Origin: Patescibacteria group bacterium
Lineage (GTDB): Bacteria > Patescibacteriota > Patescibacteriia > JAHIZJ01
Length of the DNA stretch: 64,000 nucleotides
Direction of reading: 5' to 3'
Assembly: GCA_028714495.1 (NCBI GenBank)
Contig: JAQTMH010000002.1
Coordinates: 163,714-227,713 of the forward strand
In this document: positions 1 to 11,135 of the stretch, piece by piece
Position numbering within the stretch: position 1 is the stretch's first letter
Layout: the number at the start of each line of letters is the position of its first letter
Program-made: the position numbers and the translations under genes
The notes under the pieces: model-generated
The model's database searches: none
Told to the model about the DNA's origin: nothing
What the model saw: the letters and a program-made list of their open reading frames with translations, nothing else

Positions 1-1
1 G

Positions 2-760
2 CTTAAGGATACCTACGGAGACTTTATTGAGTTGATCCAGAATAATCAGAATTTGGGTTTTGCCGGCGGGAATAATTCCGGCATCAAAAAGGCGCTGGCT
101 GAAAATTGCGATTATATTGTATTACTCAACAACGACACAATCGTTCACCCTGAATTTCTTAAATACCTGGTCGAGAGTTCCATGTCAGATCCGAAAATTG
201 GTATTATCGGCTCGAAAATACTCAAGAAGAATCAGCGCGATAATATTTGGTTTGCCGGTGGTGTCATTAGATGGTACAGCGGCCTGCGCGTTTTTCATCG
301 CGGTGTGCATCAAAGAGACGTTGGTCAATTCACTGCTTTGTCAGATGTTGACTTTATTACCGGCTGCTGTTTAATGATCCGAAAAGAGGTGATAGAAAAA
401 ATCGGTTTAATGTCCGAGGAGTACTTTCTCTATTTTGAGGATATTGACTGGTCAGTCGCCGCCAAAAGAGCCGGCTGGCGCGTTGTCTTTGAGCCGCGAA
501 GCGTCATCTGGCATAAAGAGGTTTCTGAATCAGCCGAGCTTTCTCCTCAAAAAACCTATTACCTGGTAAGAAATTACCTTTATTTTTCCAAAAAATACGC
601 CAGCTGGTTGCAAAAAATATTTTTCATCGCTTTCTTCGAAATTTATTACGGCCAACTTTATCTCCGGAATCTTTTGGCCAAGAAAGGCCAGCACAACCAT
701 ATGCTTCTAAAAGGAATCCGGGACTATCGGGCCGGTCTAAAAGGACAATTGTCAAATTAA
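2..760 (+). CDS. Glycosyltransferase family 2 (5'-truncated by window edge)
   Basis: The reading frame is open from the window edge. It has a GFAGGNN motif and a DxD-type GT-A core (LNNDT, YFEDIDW) typical of GT2 rhamnosyl/glycosyl transferases. No upstream stop falls within the window. Confidence 0.7.
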   Translation, partial: LKDTYGDFIELIQNNQNLGFAGGNNSGIKKALAENCDYIVLLNNDTIVHPEFLKYLVESSMSDPKIGIIGSKILKKNQRDNIWFAGGVIRWYSGLRVFHRGVHQRDVGQFTALSDVDFITGCCLMIRKEVIEKIGLMSEEYFLYFEDIDWSVAAKRAGWRVVFEPRSVIWHKEVSESAELSPQKTYYLVRNYLYFSKKYASWLQKIFFIAFFEIYYGQLYLRNLLAKKGQHNHMLLKGIRDYRAGLKGQLSN

Positions 761-764
761 TCAT

Positions 765-1889
765 ATGAAAATAGGCATTGACGCCCGCAGTCTCTTAATC
801 GAACAAAAGGAGGGCATGCACGTTTACGCGGATAATGTCATCCGGCAGTTTTCGAAATGGGACCGGCTGAATTCCTATTTACTTTTCGTAGATAAAACCG
901 TTCCGGAAAATATCAAATCGCAATTCCCGGATAACTTCCATTTTGTGACCTTAAGGCCGAAATATTTCTGGCCTCAAACCAGATTGACTCTTCGATTCCT
1001 TATCAAACGAGCAAAAGATACCGATGTCTTCTACTTTCCCACCCAGTCAATGTCTCTTTGGTGTCCAAAAAATACTCTGGCGATTATTCACGACGTGGCC
1101 TATCTGAAATTCCCTGAATATTTTACTTCCTGGAATAAATTTGTCCTGTCCAGGTTGACTACCAATTTCACTGTGAGACTGGCCACCAAACTCATCTGCG
1201 TTTCTGAACAAACCAGAAAGGACGTCATCGAACATTATAAGGTGCCGGAGAATAAAATCATTGTTATTCCACACGGTTATGATCCAAATGTTTTTTACGT
1301 CAGAAACCCCGAAGAGATTTCTCAAGCAAAGAACAAATACGGAATATCAAAAAAATACATTGCCTATCTCGGCACTTTGCAGAAACGTAAAAACATCGTC
1401 CGCCTGATTGAGGCGTATAATTGGCTGCGGCAAAACCACCACATTGATCATCAATTGATTATTGTCGGCAAACGGGGCTGGCTTTATCAAGACATCTTCG
1501 CACGAGTAAAAGCGCTGGGTCTAGAAAAAGATGTTATCTTTACCGGCTACGCTCCGATTAATGACGCTGCCGCGCTTTTAAGCGGAGCCGGGGCTTACGT
1601 ACTGCCGTCTCTTTATGAAGGATTTGGCATTCCGGTTATTGAAGCTATGGCTGCCGGCGCGCCGGTAGTTGTCTCAAACACCTCTTCCCTGCCTGAAGTC
1701 GCCGGGCAGGCCGCGGAATTCATTCAAGATCCATATGATCATCTATCGATTGCCCGAAGCCTTTGGTCAGTAATAAATAATCCCGCTCGTCAAAATGACC
1801 TGAAGCAGGCTGGTTTCGAACAGGCAAAAAAATTCTCCTGGGAAAAATGCGCCCGGGAGACTCTAGATGTTATTACGAGTTTAAAATAA
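765..1889 (+). CDS. Glycosyltransferase family 1/4 (GT-B)
   Basis: The C-terminal signature EGFGIPVIEAMAAGAPVV is the GT4 E-x7-E region. The start lies 4 nt after the upstream GT2 stop. Confidence 0.8.
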   Translation: MKIGIDARSLLIEQKEGMHVYADNVIRQFSKWDRLNSYLLFVDKTVPENIKSQFPDNFHFVTLRPKYFWPQTRLTLRFLIKRAKDTDVFYFPTQSMSLWCPKNTLAIIHDVAYLKFPEYFTSWNKFVLSRLTTNFTVRLATKLICVSEQTRKDVIEHYKVPENKIIVIPHGYDPNVFYVRNPEEISQAKNKYGISKKYIAYLGTLQKRKNIVRLIEAYNWLRQNHHIDHQLIIVGKRGWLYQDIFARVKALGLEKDVIFTGYAPINDAAALLSGAGAYVLPSLYEGFGIPVIEAMAAGAPVVVSNTSSLPEVAGQAAEFIQDPYDHLSIARSLWSVINNPARQNDLKQAGFEQAKKFSWEKCARETLDVITSLK

Positions 1890-1918
1890 CCAGAATTACT
1901 CGCATTTACCAGAGTATA

Positions 1919-4111
1919 TCAATCTGGTTTTTTTATTTTAAATACATACACGTCGCCAAGTTTTTCAGAGGCGCCAAAAACCGCGTGTAATTTATCAATT
2001 ATCGTCGCGTCTCCGCTAAAACGTTTTTCAAAGAGGAAAAAGCATTGATTTGCTCCGGTCAAATCAAAAGCGTCGAACACTTCACTGTAATTTTTTTGTG
2101 GATTATTAATTAGGCCGTAGAATATTTTATCCTTCTCGCTCTGAATAAAATCGCGACTGACTGGAAAACCGCCACCCTGAATTCTGTTCCGAGACGCTTC
2201 CTGCAAAGCCAATAGTTGCCACTCTTCAGCCAACACGCAGGGATTCGGCTTATCCTTCAAATATTGACTGTAGATATGATCAGCCGCCTTTATTTCATCT
2301 GTCGTTACGGTTTTCAGAATCGGAGCCCGGGTATACTGCTGCAAAAGCACCAAACTGATAATTAGCGAGGCTAGCATCAGGGCGGTCCGGCTAAAGCCAG
2401 CTCGCTCTAAAAACGACTGAACCCCCAGAACGATAAATGGCAAAGAAAAGAAAACGATAAATAGATCCATTCTGCCCGTGACTAGACGCAGTCCGTCCAT
2501 AAACTGCGTGGCGAAAAGATTTATAAAAAGCGCGAATAGCAAAAGCCAGGATAAAACTTTAAGAACTGTTTTTACCGTGCTATTTTGAAGGCTGGACAAT
2601 TTGCCTAAACCGATTATCACTAAAACCCAAAGGATGAATTGAGTAACCGCTGTTTGCGCGTTTTTGCTAATATCCGACGCTAAACCGCTGGAAATACCAA
2701 AAGCCGTGGCAATAAACCATTTCCATATGCCCGCGATAACAACGCTTACACTCTTTAACCGATCCCAAACTATTACTGACATCTGACCATATAGATCGAC
2801 TGCCACTAAAACAACGAATATCATTGCGAACATCGATAGAAGCAAAAATATTTTGTTTTTTAAAGACTTTTGGCTGTTGACAATCAGACCGATAATCAGC
2901 AATGACCCGAAAAACACCGTGGCGACTGGATATTGAAAAATAAACAAAGGAGACAATATGACAACGGGTAGGATTGATCTTATTTCCTTCTTCAGGTACA
3001 AAATCATGATGACGGAAAAGCCGGAAAACAATAATAGACTAATACTTAAAGGCACTGTTAATGAACCGCCTACCTGAAATACGTCAAAAACAACTGGGAG
3101 AAATGCCAGAAGATATTGCCAAGGACGGGAATCGAATAATAGTTTGCCGATCGTAAAAAATAATAACGGCATCAAAATAATCCAGAGAGTCGGGAAAAAC
3201 CAAATATCGAGAGCTAGGGTGTTTAAATGGGTTAGCTTGCCGATTGTCGCCATCACCCCCCAAGTGTAGCTATAACCGATTCTCGAATCGACCATGACAG
3301 CCGGGACTGAGACCGGACCGATCTTCTTCATTTCCGTTCCCTGCTCCGAAATCAAAGTGGGTGGGATCGGTCTTTCGTCTATTATTTGTTCCTCATAAGA
3401 CATGTGCCGCCAGCGATCCCCGCCAAATCCCCCTTCATAAACTACCATCAAATATGAATGGACTAAAAACGAGAATACGATAATGAGAAAAAGAATAACT
3501 TTTTTTGAAGTCTTGGTAAAAAATATCAAAACCAGTATCAGACTGAGAAGAAAAACTACCGGCGCGTAAAAAGACGGCAAGGCTTCCCAGGGCGAAGTAA
3601 TAAATTTGCCGGTCCGGCTCGAAAACACCATCACAAAAGCAGCAATAAACAAAGTCGGAATTGCCAGTCTAATCCAAATTGGTAAAGAGGATGACCGTCG
3701 GTTTTCTTTTCGGGGTTCTTCGGGCATAATTGGAGTTCGCCCAAGTGAATATTTCCGGTGGAGTATTACAAAAACCAGATTGGGAATAAGTAAAATAGCC
3801 AGCAGCGCCCAGAAATCCAGAGTGTAAACAAGTGTGGCTATCGCCGCGCCACTGCCAATAAAAAACAGCGTGGATAACAAACCGATAACCAGACGGATAA
3901 CAAATGATATTGGCAAAGATTTATAAATCCGGGCTAAAACAAACGCATTGAGAGTGAGGTATAAAACAAAAAGGGTCGTGCCTAAGAACGCTGAATGGCA
4001 ATAGCGAGTTTCCAGCGCCAGAATAAACGGCAAAATCAATAAAACAATCCGCAATAAATATCTTTGATCTTGGTAGAATATATATAACTTTTCTTCGAAG
4101 TTTCTGGGCAT
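1919..4111 (-). CDS. Large polytopic membrane protein (about 14 TM helices plus a C-terminal soluble domain); putative GT-C-type glycosyltransferase or polymerase of the glycan locus
   Basis: 730 aa with many hydrophobic helices and a C-terminal hydrophilic domain of about 150 aa. It is embedded between GT genes. No motif is recognised with certainty. Confidence 0.5.
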   Translation of the reverse strand: MPRNFEEKLYIFYQDQRYLLRIVLLILPFILALETRYCHSAFLGTTLFVLYLTLNAFVLARIYKSLPISFVIRLVIGLLSTLFFIGSGAAIATLVYTLDFWALLAILLIPNLVFVILHRKYSLGRTPIMPEEPRKENRRSSSLPIWIRLAIPTLFIAAFVMVFSSRTGKFITSPWEALPSFYAPVVFLLSLILVLIFFTKTSKKVILFLIIVFSFLVHSYLMVVYEGGFGGDRWRHMSYEEQIIDERPIPPTLISEQGTEMKKIGPVSVPAVMVDSRIGYSYTWGVMATIGKLTHLNTLALDIWFFPTLWIILMPLLFFTIGKLLFDSRPWQYLLAFLPVVFDVFQVGGSLTVPLSISLLLFSGFSVIMILYLKKEIRSILPVVILSPLFIFQYPVATVFFGSLLIIGLIVNSQKSLKNKIFLLLSMFAMIFVVLVAVDLYGQMSVIVWDRLKSVSVVIAGIWKWFIATAFGISSGLASDISKNAQTAVTQFILWVLVIIGLGKLSSLQNSTVKTVLKVLSWLLLFALFINLFATQFMDGLRLVTGRMDLFIVFFSLPFIVLGVQSFLERAGFSRTALMLASLIISLVLLQQYTRAPILKTVTTDEIKAADHIYSQYLKDKPNPCVLAEEWQLLALQEASRNRIQGGGFPVSRDFIQSEKDKIFYGLINNPQKNYSEVFDAFDLTGANQCFFLFEKRFSGDATIIDKLHAVFGASEKLGDVYVFKIKKPD

Positions 4112-4115
4112 TTTT

Positions 4116-5156
4116 TTAGGTAGCTTTAATCACTCGAAAATATTCTTTGACTGAATTTGGAAGGCTGTCGATAACGCCTATCTTTTTTAAATAGGTGGGG
4201 GTATTGACTCTGTTTTTTTTAATAAATTTTCTCTTCGCTATTAACTTTGGCAGATTTGGTAGGAAATTCAAATAGGCTTTAAAGATAATTACCGGCCCTT
4301 TCGGGTTCAAACGCACTAGAGATAAAATTAATATTAAAAAGTCAAAAATCGCCGAAACAATCAATCCGACAGCGATCTGCCCTGAAGAATAATTCTTAAT
4401 GAGCGTATACAGCCGGTTCCGTGTGGCAAAATACAGTCGAAAATTGTTCCGGTGTTTGCCTGAAGTGCCTCCAACCGCATGATAGACGATCGAATCGCTG
4501 ACATAGGCGCATTTGCCGCCATAAAGCCAATTGCGCAAACAAAGATCGACGTCTTCAAAATACATGAAGTAATCCTTGTCAAAGCCTCCCATTTTTTCAA
4601 AATATTCCCTCTGAACCATCAAGGAAGCGCCGCTGACACCGGCCGCATAACGGCTGGCAGAATAATCCTGGCTGTCTGGGCGGCCAAAGCCACGATCATA
4701 GCCAGAACCTATAGCGGTAATGCAAAAACCGGCTGAATTTAGAACCTTATTTTTACCTTGAATATAAATCTTGCTGCCAAAGAATTTAGCTTCGGGAAAA
4801 TCAAAAGTGGCTTTTACCAATTCGCTCAACCATCGAGCGTCAACCATTGTGTCATTGTTTAAAAAGACCACATATTCGCCCTGACACGCTTCACTGCCGA
4901 TATTATTCCCCTCGGCAAAACCATAATTCTCGCTGTTGGCAACTATTTTAACCGTCGGATACCTCTGCCGAACATATTCCACGCTGTCGTCTTGAGAGGC
5001 ATTGTCCACAAAAATAACTTCAAACCTATCCTTCGGGTAGTCTAATTTCTCAATCGCGGCCAAGCATGGATCGATATATTTTCGGCCGTTATAATTTAAT
5101 ATACAGATGCTGACAAGGGGTTGCTTGGATTCTGCTTGAAATTGATTATTTGTCAT
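4116..5156 (-). CDS. Glycosyltransferase family 2
   Basis: N-terminal SICILNYNG...DNASQDDS and a later FLNNDT/YFEDVD pattern of the GT-A fold, plus C-terminal TM helices. Confidence 0.75.
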   Translation of the reverse strand: MTNNQFQAESKQPLVSICILNYNGRKYIDPCLAAIEKLDYPKDRFEVIFVDNASQDDSVEYVRQRYPTVKIVANSENYGFAEGNNIGSEACQGEYVVFLNNDTMVDARWLSELVKATFDFPEAKFFGSKIYIQGKNKVLNSAGFCITAIGSGYDRGFGRPDSQDYSASRYAAGVSGASLMVQREYFEKMGGFDKDYFMYFEDVDLCLRNWLYGGKCAYVSDSIVYHAVGGTSGKHRNNFRLYFATRNRLYTLIKNYSSGQIAVGLIVSAIFDFLILILSLVRLNPKGPVIIFKAYLNFLPNLPKLIAKRKFIKKNRVNTPTYLKKIGVIDSLPNSVKEYFRVIKAT

Positions 5157-6091
5157 CGCGGAATAAATTTACTATAAATAGGCGTTTTACTAACTCGGTG
5201 GGTCAGATGCCAAGCCAACCCTTTCAACCGATGATGAAAAACTTTTATTTCTTTCGGAAAGTAGAATAGCAGATTGACAAACATGATAAACACGAACCAA
5301 GGAATGAAAATCAATCGATGATAAAATCTTCCGTGTTTTCTGATGAACATGATTGAATTTCGTGTATCATAGTACACTGTCAAAGGATTGCGAACATTAC
5401 CGCCCACTGACGCGCCCTCCTTATGATATATCTTCGACCCAGGCTCGCACAATATTCGATAACCGGCTTTAAATAACCGGTAACCCAAATCTACGTCCTC
5501 GGCGTAATAAAAATATTCTTCATCAAAATAACCCACTTCTTTTAAAGCCCGACAAGAAGCCATAAAGGCGCTGCCTGAGAAATATTTTAAGGTATATTTT
5601 CCATCGTCTTTAAAACGGGTGGGATGAAAAGTACCGCCGATAAACCTCCAGCCCGTATATAAACTGAGGATGCCACCGCGCGAATGGATAATTTCTCGCT
5701 GGTGATATAAATGGATTTCCGGGCCAACAATACCGCAACGAAGATCAGATTCAGCCCTAGCCACTAATCGATCTAAAAAATCAGGCTTAACTACCGTATC
5801 ATTGTTCAGAAACATTATATACTTACTATTCCCCTCAGTTAACACAAGGTTAATGCCGACATTATTTCCACCGGCAAAGCCTAAATTCTTTTCATTTTGA
5901 ATTAACCGAATATAATTACCGAATTTCTCCCTAAGTGTTTTTACATCGTCGCCCTTCGAATCATTATCCACGATAATTATTTCGTAGTTTGGATAAGAAA
6001 TCTGACGCAAAGAATTTAGACATTCAATGGTATCATTGAGTCCGTTCCAATTGATTATCACAAACGAGACACGTGGTTTAGAGCTTATCAT
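5153..6091 (-). CDS. Glycosyltransferase family 2
   Basis: VSFVIINWNG...DNDSKGD, GFAGGNN, FLNNDT and YAEDVD motifs. It overlaps the neighbouring genes by 4 nt, as in an operon. Confidence 0.75.
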   Translation of the reverse strand: MISSKPRVSFVIINWNGLNDTIECLNSLRQISYPNYEIIIVDNDSKGDDVKTLREKFGNYIRLIQNEKNLGFAGGNNVGINLVLTEGNSKYIMFLNNDTVVKPDFLDRLVARAESDLRCGIVGPEIHLYHQREIIHSRGGILSLYTGWRFIGGTFHPTRFKDDGKYTLKYFSGSAFMASCRALKEVGYFDEEYFYYAEDVDLGYRLFKAGYRILCEPGSKIYHKEGASVGGNVRNPLTVYYDTRNSIMFIRKHGRFYHRLIFIPWFVFIMFVNLLFYFPKEIKVFHHRLKGLAWHLTHRVSKTPIYSKFIPR

Positions 6092-7532
6092 TCGGTGAAT
6101 TTACTGTTTTCTTTAATACCAAATCCCTGAACAATCTAAATTCTTCCCTAGTAATTCCGCGAATCAACACTAAGATTGCAATATACGCGGCGCTGCCAAT
6201 TATAACAAGCAATAAAACCGGCCAGCTGCCGACCAGCCATAACACCAATAACATTCCCAGGCTGGCTATTAAGGGTTTGCCAAAATAGCTGATAAACGGT
6301 AGTCTGACAACCTTTTGAAATTTTATATAAATAAAAATAAGTACCGTCAACTCGGCTGCCAAGGTTGCCACCGCCGCGCCATTTAGGCTGTAGGCGGGAA
6401 TTAATATGAGGTTTAAAATAAAGTTTACTAAGGCGCCTAGACCAACCGCCGTGAGATAGGTCCTTTGCCGATCGCTGGCCTGAAGCCCGTTTCCAAATAC
6501 CACGCTCAAAAATACCACTACGGCAGTCCAACAAAGAATCCGAAAAGCCAAGGTGCCACCAAGGAATTCGACTCCAAAGATATATCTGATAATTGGCTCA
6601 GCTAAAAACAATCCCCCGAAACCCAGGGGCAGGGCCAAAGTAATCATTAGTTTTAATGATCGGGATAGCAATTCTTTCAGCCTGGGTAATGACTCTTTGT
6701 AGAGTCTGGAAATTTGCGGAAATAATACTACGCCAATGACATTGGCAAATATCAGTATAAATAAAACAATTTTATAGGCGGCGTTGTACCAACCCAGCTG
6801 AATATCTTCATCCATAAAGCCCAGCATCACGGAATCCATATAATAATACACTGATATAAAAACCGTGCTCAGGGCAAAAGGCCACGATTCGCGAAATAGA
6901 TATTTCCAAAAATTAGTTTCAAATTTAAATGAAAACCGAAAATACCTCTTTCGAAACAGAATTACCGTGTAGCCGAGGGCCACTAAGCCAGCCAAAGCGT
7001 ACATCAAACCAAACGACAAGAGTGAAAATTTTTGTGCGATAAAAAGAAACCCCAATATAAAAACCGTAGCCGAAAAAATCAGTTTTCCGATTACTTCATA
7101 TTGCATCTGATTATGAGCCCTGAAGATCGCCACAAATGACTGAATTAGATTCAAGAATATTACCTGAGCGCCAGTGAGCATAATCAGATATACTATGGTC
7201 AAATCCTTCCCGCCTAAAAATACCAGCGCCATTATCAAACCCAAAAAGATAAAACTGAGTAACACTCGAAGCGAAAGGATATTATCAAGATATTTATTAG
7301 CGAGTGATTTATCCCTGGCCACCTCACGAATTGCCAATGTCCCAAAACCAAAATCGATAGTCACTGAGAATAGAGTAACTAGACTGAGAGCGAATCCGAG
7401 CTTGCCGTAATCCGACGCGCCTAAATAACGCGCCAGCCAAATGGTCAAAAAAAACATCAAAATGCCGTTGACCAGCTCAGCCAACGATAACCATATTGTA
7501 TTCTTGAATATTATCCTGGCCAGACTCGACAT
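6078..7532 (-). CDS. Polysaccharide biosynthesis protein / Wzx-like oligosaccharide flippase (MOP superfamily)
   Basis: 484 aa with about 12-14 TM helices and a polysaccharide-biosynthesis-protein pattern of charged loops between helices. It lies inside the GT locus. Confidence 0.7.
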   Translation of the reverse strand: MSSLARIIFKNTIWLSLAELVNGILMFFLTIWLARYLGASDYGKLGFALSLVTLFSVTIDFGFGTLAIREVARDKSLANKYLDNILSLRVLLSFIFLGLIMALVFLGGKDLTIVYLIMLTGAQVIFLNLIQSFVAIFRAHNQMQYEVIGKLIFSATVFILGFLFIAQKFSLLSFGLMYALAGLVALGYTVILFRKRYFRFSFKFETNFWKYLFRESWPFALSTVFISVYYYMDSVMLGFMDEDIQLGWYNAAYKIVLFILIFANVIGVVLFPQISRLYKESLPRLKELLSRSLKLMITLALPLGFGGLFLAEPIIRYIFGVEFLGGTLAFRILCWTAVVVFLSVVFGNGLQASDRQRTYLTAVGLGALVNFILNLILIPAYSLNGAAVATLAAELTVLIFIYIKFQKVVRLPFISYFGKPLIASLGMLLVLWLVGSWPVLLLVIIGSAAYIAILVLIRGITREEFRLFRDLVLKKTVNSPNDKL

Positions 7533-7540
7533 AGCATATT

Positions 7541-8845
7541 TTATCGCCCGATGCCCAAATATTTATATCCGAGCTTTCTCATGGTATTCTGGTCCAAAAG
7601 ATTGCGTCCGTCAACCAGCTGGGGCGAGCGCATCAAGCCCTTAATTCTCTTCCAGTCTAGCTCCCGGAATTCGGGCCATTCTGTGGCGATTATAAGCAAA
7701 TCTTGCCCTTTAGCGAGAGAATAGGGCGAACGAGCTATTTCGACGCCCTGGAGGCGTTTTTTAGCGTTTAGAGAGGCCATGGGATCAAAGGCAGACACTA
7801 CAGAACCGGCTTTTTGCAGTAATTTTATGAGATCTATGGCGGCTGACTCTCGAATATCATCGGTGTTTTTTTTAAATGCTAGGCCCATAACTCCGATCTT
7901 TTTATTTTTTAATGAGCCGAGCAGGTTTTTGGCTTTGCGCAGAGCTACCTGGCGCTGGAGATTATTCACCTGGATTACCGACTTTAGCAGTTTAAATTCA
8001 TAGCCATTGCGGCCGGCCATTTGATGCAGCGCGCTGACATCTTTTGGGAAACAGCTGCCCCCGTAGCCAATCCCGGCCTTCAAAAAGCTGGGGCTGATCC
8101 GATTGTCTAAACCCATGCCATAAGCAACTTCCTTCACGTCCGCGCTCACGTGGTCGCAGATATTGGAAATCTCATTGATAAAAGAAATCTTCGTGGCCAA
8201 GAAAGCGTTCGAAGCGTATTTGATGAGCTCGGCGCTGGCCAAATCGGTAACGAGCCGGAGGGCCCGAATTGGTTTAAAAACATCCAGCAGAAGATTTATG
8301 GCTTTTTTAGTTTCGCCGCCGATGACTATGCGATCCGGATGCATGAAATCTTTTATGGCCGACCCCTCGCGCAAGAATTCAGGGCAGGAAACCACGTCAA
8401 AACGACCTTGATAATACTGTCCGATGATTCTTTTCACTTTCTGGGCTGTCCCCACCGGCACTGTGCTTTTGTCCACGATCACGGCGTAATCAACTAGGGC
8501 GCGAGCGATTGATTTAGCCGCTTGGAAAACATAGCTTAAATCAGCCAGGCCATCTCGGCGAGCCGGTGTCCCAACGGCAATCATAATAATCAAACTGCCT
8601 CTGATTGCCTTGGGGTAATCGGTGGTGAAAAAGAGACGTTTGGCTTTAAGATTTTTCTTTACCAAAACCGCCAGCCCCGGCTCATAAATCGGCATGAGTC
8701 CGCGTTTTAGACGAGCGATTTTTTTTCGATCAACATCAAGACAGGTAACCTGGTGACCCAATTCGGCCAGACAGGCGCCGGTGACTAAGCCGACATAGCC
8801 CGTGCCCACGATGGTAACTTTTATTGGAATTGTGGAATGATTCAT
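7541..8845 (-). CDS. ugd: UDP-glucose 6-dehydrogenase
   Basis: N-terminal Rossmann motif VTIVGTGYVGLVTGACLA. It carries the catalytic Cys motif GGSCFPKD and the UDP-binding C-terminal domain motif GLAFKKNTDDIRES. Confidence 0.85.
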   Translation of the reverse strand: MNHSTIPIKVTIVGTGYVGLVTGACLAELGHQVTCLDVDRKKIARLKRGLMPIYEPGLAVLVKKNLKAKRLFFTTDYPKAIRGSLIIMIAVGTPARRDGLADLSYVFQAAKSIARALVDYAVIVDKSTVPVGTAQKVKRIIGQYYQGRFDVVSCPEFLREGSAIKDFMHPDRIVIGGETKKAINLLLDVFKPIRALRLVTDLASAELIKYASNAFLATKISFINEISNICDHVSADVKEVAYGMGLDNRISPSFLKAGIGYGGSCFPKDVSALHQMAGRNGYEFKLLKSVIQVNNLQRQVALRKAKNLLGSLKNKKIGVMGLAFKKNTDDIRESAAIDLIKLLQKAGSVVSAFDPMASLNAKKRLQGVEIARSPYSLAKGQDLLIIATEWPEFRELDWKRIKGLMRSPQLVDGRNLLDQNTMRKLGYKYLGIGR

Positions 8846-8917
8846 GGAGTACAGACAAAGTCAAAGTTCCTCGAGCTGAAGAGGTTTATTATTGACTTAG
8901 TGCCACTTAAGATTGTC

Positions 8918-10090
8918 TTAGAGATATTTTCTTAGGATTTTTACTTGGTCTGTTTTTTCCCAGGTAAAACTTACCTCCTTGCGCCCAAAGTGCCCATAGG
9001 CAGCGGTGGCTTTATAGATTGGCCGCTTGAGTTTAAGATGACGAATAATCCCGCCTGGGGTCAGATCAAAATGCTTTCTGATTATCGCCACTAGCTTCTG
9101 GTCGCTGACCTGGCCAGTGCCAAAAGTATCCACCATGATGCTGATCGGCTCAGCGTAACCGATGACATAAGCGAATTGTATTTCGCATTTCTTGGCCAGG
9201 CCGGCGGCTACGATATTCTTAGCTACGTAACGGGCCATATACGAGGCTGAGCGATCGACTTTTGACGGATCTTTGCCGGAAAAACAGCCGCCGCCATGGC
9301 TCCCCTGCCCACCATAAGTGTCGACAATAATCTTCCGACCCGTCAATCCGGCATCAGCCGGCGGTCCGCCCTTGACAAATCGGCCGGTGGCATTGACGAA
9401 GACCTTTGTCTTCCGGTCAAAGTATTTGCCCGCGATGGGCTTGATAACTTTATTAAGCACGTCGCGTTTAACTCGCTCCTCGGCCACCGCTTCATCGTGC
9501 TGACAAGCGACAACCACTGTATCCAATCGTTTGGGCCGTCCATTAACGTATTCTATGGCTACTTCGGTTTTGCCGTCAGGCCTCAAATAGGGCAATTTAT
9601 TGCTCTTCCTGACTTGAGCCAGCCGGCGGGCCATTTTATGGGCCATGATTATCGGCAAGGGCATCAACTCCGGGGTTTCGTCTGAGGCATAACCAAACAT
9701 TAATCCCTGGTCGCCGGCTCCTTGTTTTTTAAATTTCCCTTTGCCCGCGTCCACACCCTGGGCAATATCCGGGCTTTGCTCATCAATGGCCACGATTACT
9801 CCACAGTCTTCCCAATGAAAGCCATAATCATGATTTGAATAGCCGATATCGCGAATTGTTCGCCGGACTATCTTCTGTACGTCAACGTAACCCTTAGTCC
9901 GTATTTCGCCGGCCACTACCACCAGGCCGGTAGTAACTAAAACCTCACAACCACAATGGCTTTCAGGATCCTGTCGGATCAATTCATCCAAAATGGCGTC
10001 CGAAATTTGATCGCAGATTTTATCCGGGTGGCCTTCGGTAACCGACTCGGAGGTAAAAATAAAACGTTCTGATTTTTTGAGTTTGGGCAT
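8918..10090 (-). CDS. metK: S-adenosylmethionine synthetase
   Basis: Matches the MetK signatures [36 protein letters not shown] and [19 protein letters not shown]. Confidence 0.9.
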   Translation of the reverse strand: MPKLKKSERFIFTSESVTEGHPDKICDQISDAILDELIRQDPESHCGCEVLVTTGLVVVAGEIRTKGYVDVQKIVRRTIRDIGYSNHDYGFHWEDCGVIVAIDEQSPDIAQGVDAGKGKFKKQGAGDQGLMFGYASDETPELMPLPIIMAHKMARRLAQVRKSNKLPYLRPDGKTEVAIEYVNGRPKRLDTVVVACQHDEAVAEERVKRDVLNKVIKPIAGKYFDRKTKVFVNATGRFVKGGPPADAGLTGRKIIVDTYGGQGSHGGGCFSGKDPSKVDRSASYMARYVAKNIVAAGLAKKCEIQFAYVIGYAEPISIMVDTFGTGQVSDQKLVAIIRKHFDLTPGGIIRHLKLKRPIYKATAAYGHFGRKEVSFTWEKTDQVKILRKYL

Positions 10091-10108
10091 GTTCTTTTTT
10101 ACTTATTA

Positions 10109-11134
10109 TTATAATTTAATATCTTCTAAACCGATTACCTTGCTCCCCTTCATGTCATCAATAGTGTACTTCAGGCCTTCTTCGATCGGCACGACCGGAA
10201 ACCAGCCAATTTTATTTTTGGCCAGAGAAATGTCGGGGATGCCTCGATAATGAGCGTAGGGAGAGTCTTTCTCAAAAGAAATTTCTGATTTTGAACCAGC
10301 CAGCTCCCGTATTTTCTCGGCAATTTCCTTCAACGTGATTGTCGTGGTGCTGCCGATATTTATCGGCCCGGCGATTTCCGATTTCATGATTTTTAAGATA
10401 GCTTCAATCACGTCGGTAATGTAGCAAATGGCTGTCTTGGCCGTTGGCTCGGCGTAGACCACCATGGGCTGGTTCATGATCGCTTTTGAGATTAAGCGGG
10501 GAATCATCCGGTTGTCCTTTAAATTCATCCGGGGACCGTAGGTCTGGAAAAGACGCATGATCCGGGCATCAATATTATATTCTTCACGATAGATTTTTAC
10601 CAAAGTTTCAGCATAACGCTTGCCCTCGTCATAACAGCCTCGGTTGCCTAAATGGTCAACAAAACCCCAATAATCTTCCTTGTAAACCTTACCCTCCTTA
10701 TCAATCGGCCAGCCGTAAACAGCCGAGCAGGAAGAAAAAAGAAATCGGGCGTGGTATTTTACCGCTAGATCAAGCGCGTTTTTAGTGCCGAGGCCGTTAG
10801 TCAAGACCGTGGCGATTTGGTGCTCGAGTTTTTCATAGTTCGAAGTGGGGCAAGCCAGGTGATAAATCTCCTGGATGCCATGAAAAGGGATTTTGAATTT
10901 TTTCAAGCCCGGGTAGGCTTCTAGGTCAGGCGGCTCAATCAAATCATGTTTGACAAACTCAAAATTCGGCAAGTGAAGCAGGTGCTGGATGTTTTCAATA
11001 TTGCCGGAAATGAAGTTGTCTAGACAGATGATATTTCCCTCTTTGATCAGGGCGTCGCACAAGTGGCTGCCGATGAAACCGGCGCCGCCTGTTACTAAGA
11101 TGTTTTTCTTTTGGATTAATTCGGATACGGCCAT
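10109..11134 (-). CDS. UDP-glucuronate decarboxylase (UDP-xylose synthase)-like NAD-dependent epimerase/dehydratase
   Basis: ILVTGGAGFIGSHLCDAL Rossmann motif plus a YDEGKRYAE catalytic YxxxK resembling UXS. It lies downstream of ugd. Confidence 0.7.
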   Translation of the reverse strand: MAVSELIQKKNILVTGGAGFIGSHLCDALIKEGNIICLDNFISGNIENIQHLLHLPNFEFVKHDLIEPPDLEAYPGLKKFKIPFHGIQEIYHLACPTSNYEKLEHQIATVLTNGLGTKNALDLAVKYHARFLFSSCSAVYGWPIDKEGKVYKEDYWGFVDHLGNRGCYDEGKRYAETLVKIYREEYNIDARIMRLFQTYGPRMNLKDNRMIPRLISKAIMNQPMVVYAEPTAKTAICYITDVIEAILKIMKSEIAGPINIGSTTTITLKEIAEKIRELAGSKSEISFEKDSPYAHYRGIPDISLAKNKIGWFPVVPIEEGLKYTIDDMKGSKVIGLEDIKL

Positions 11135-11135
11135 A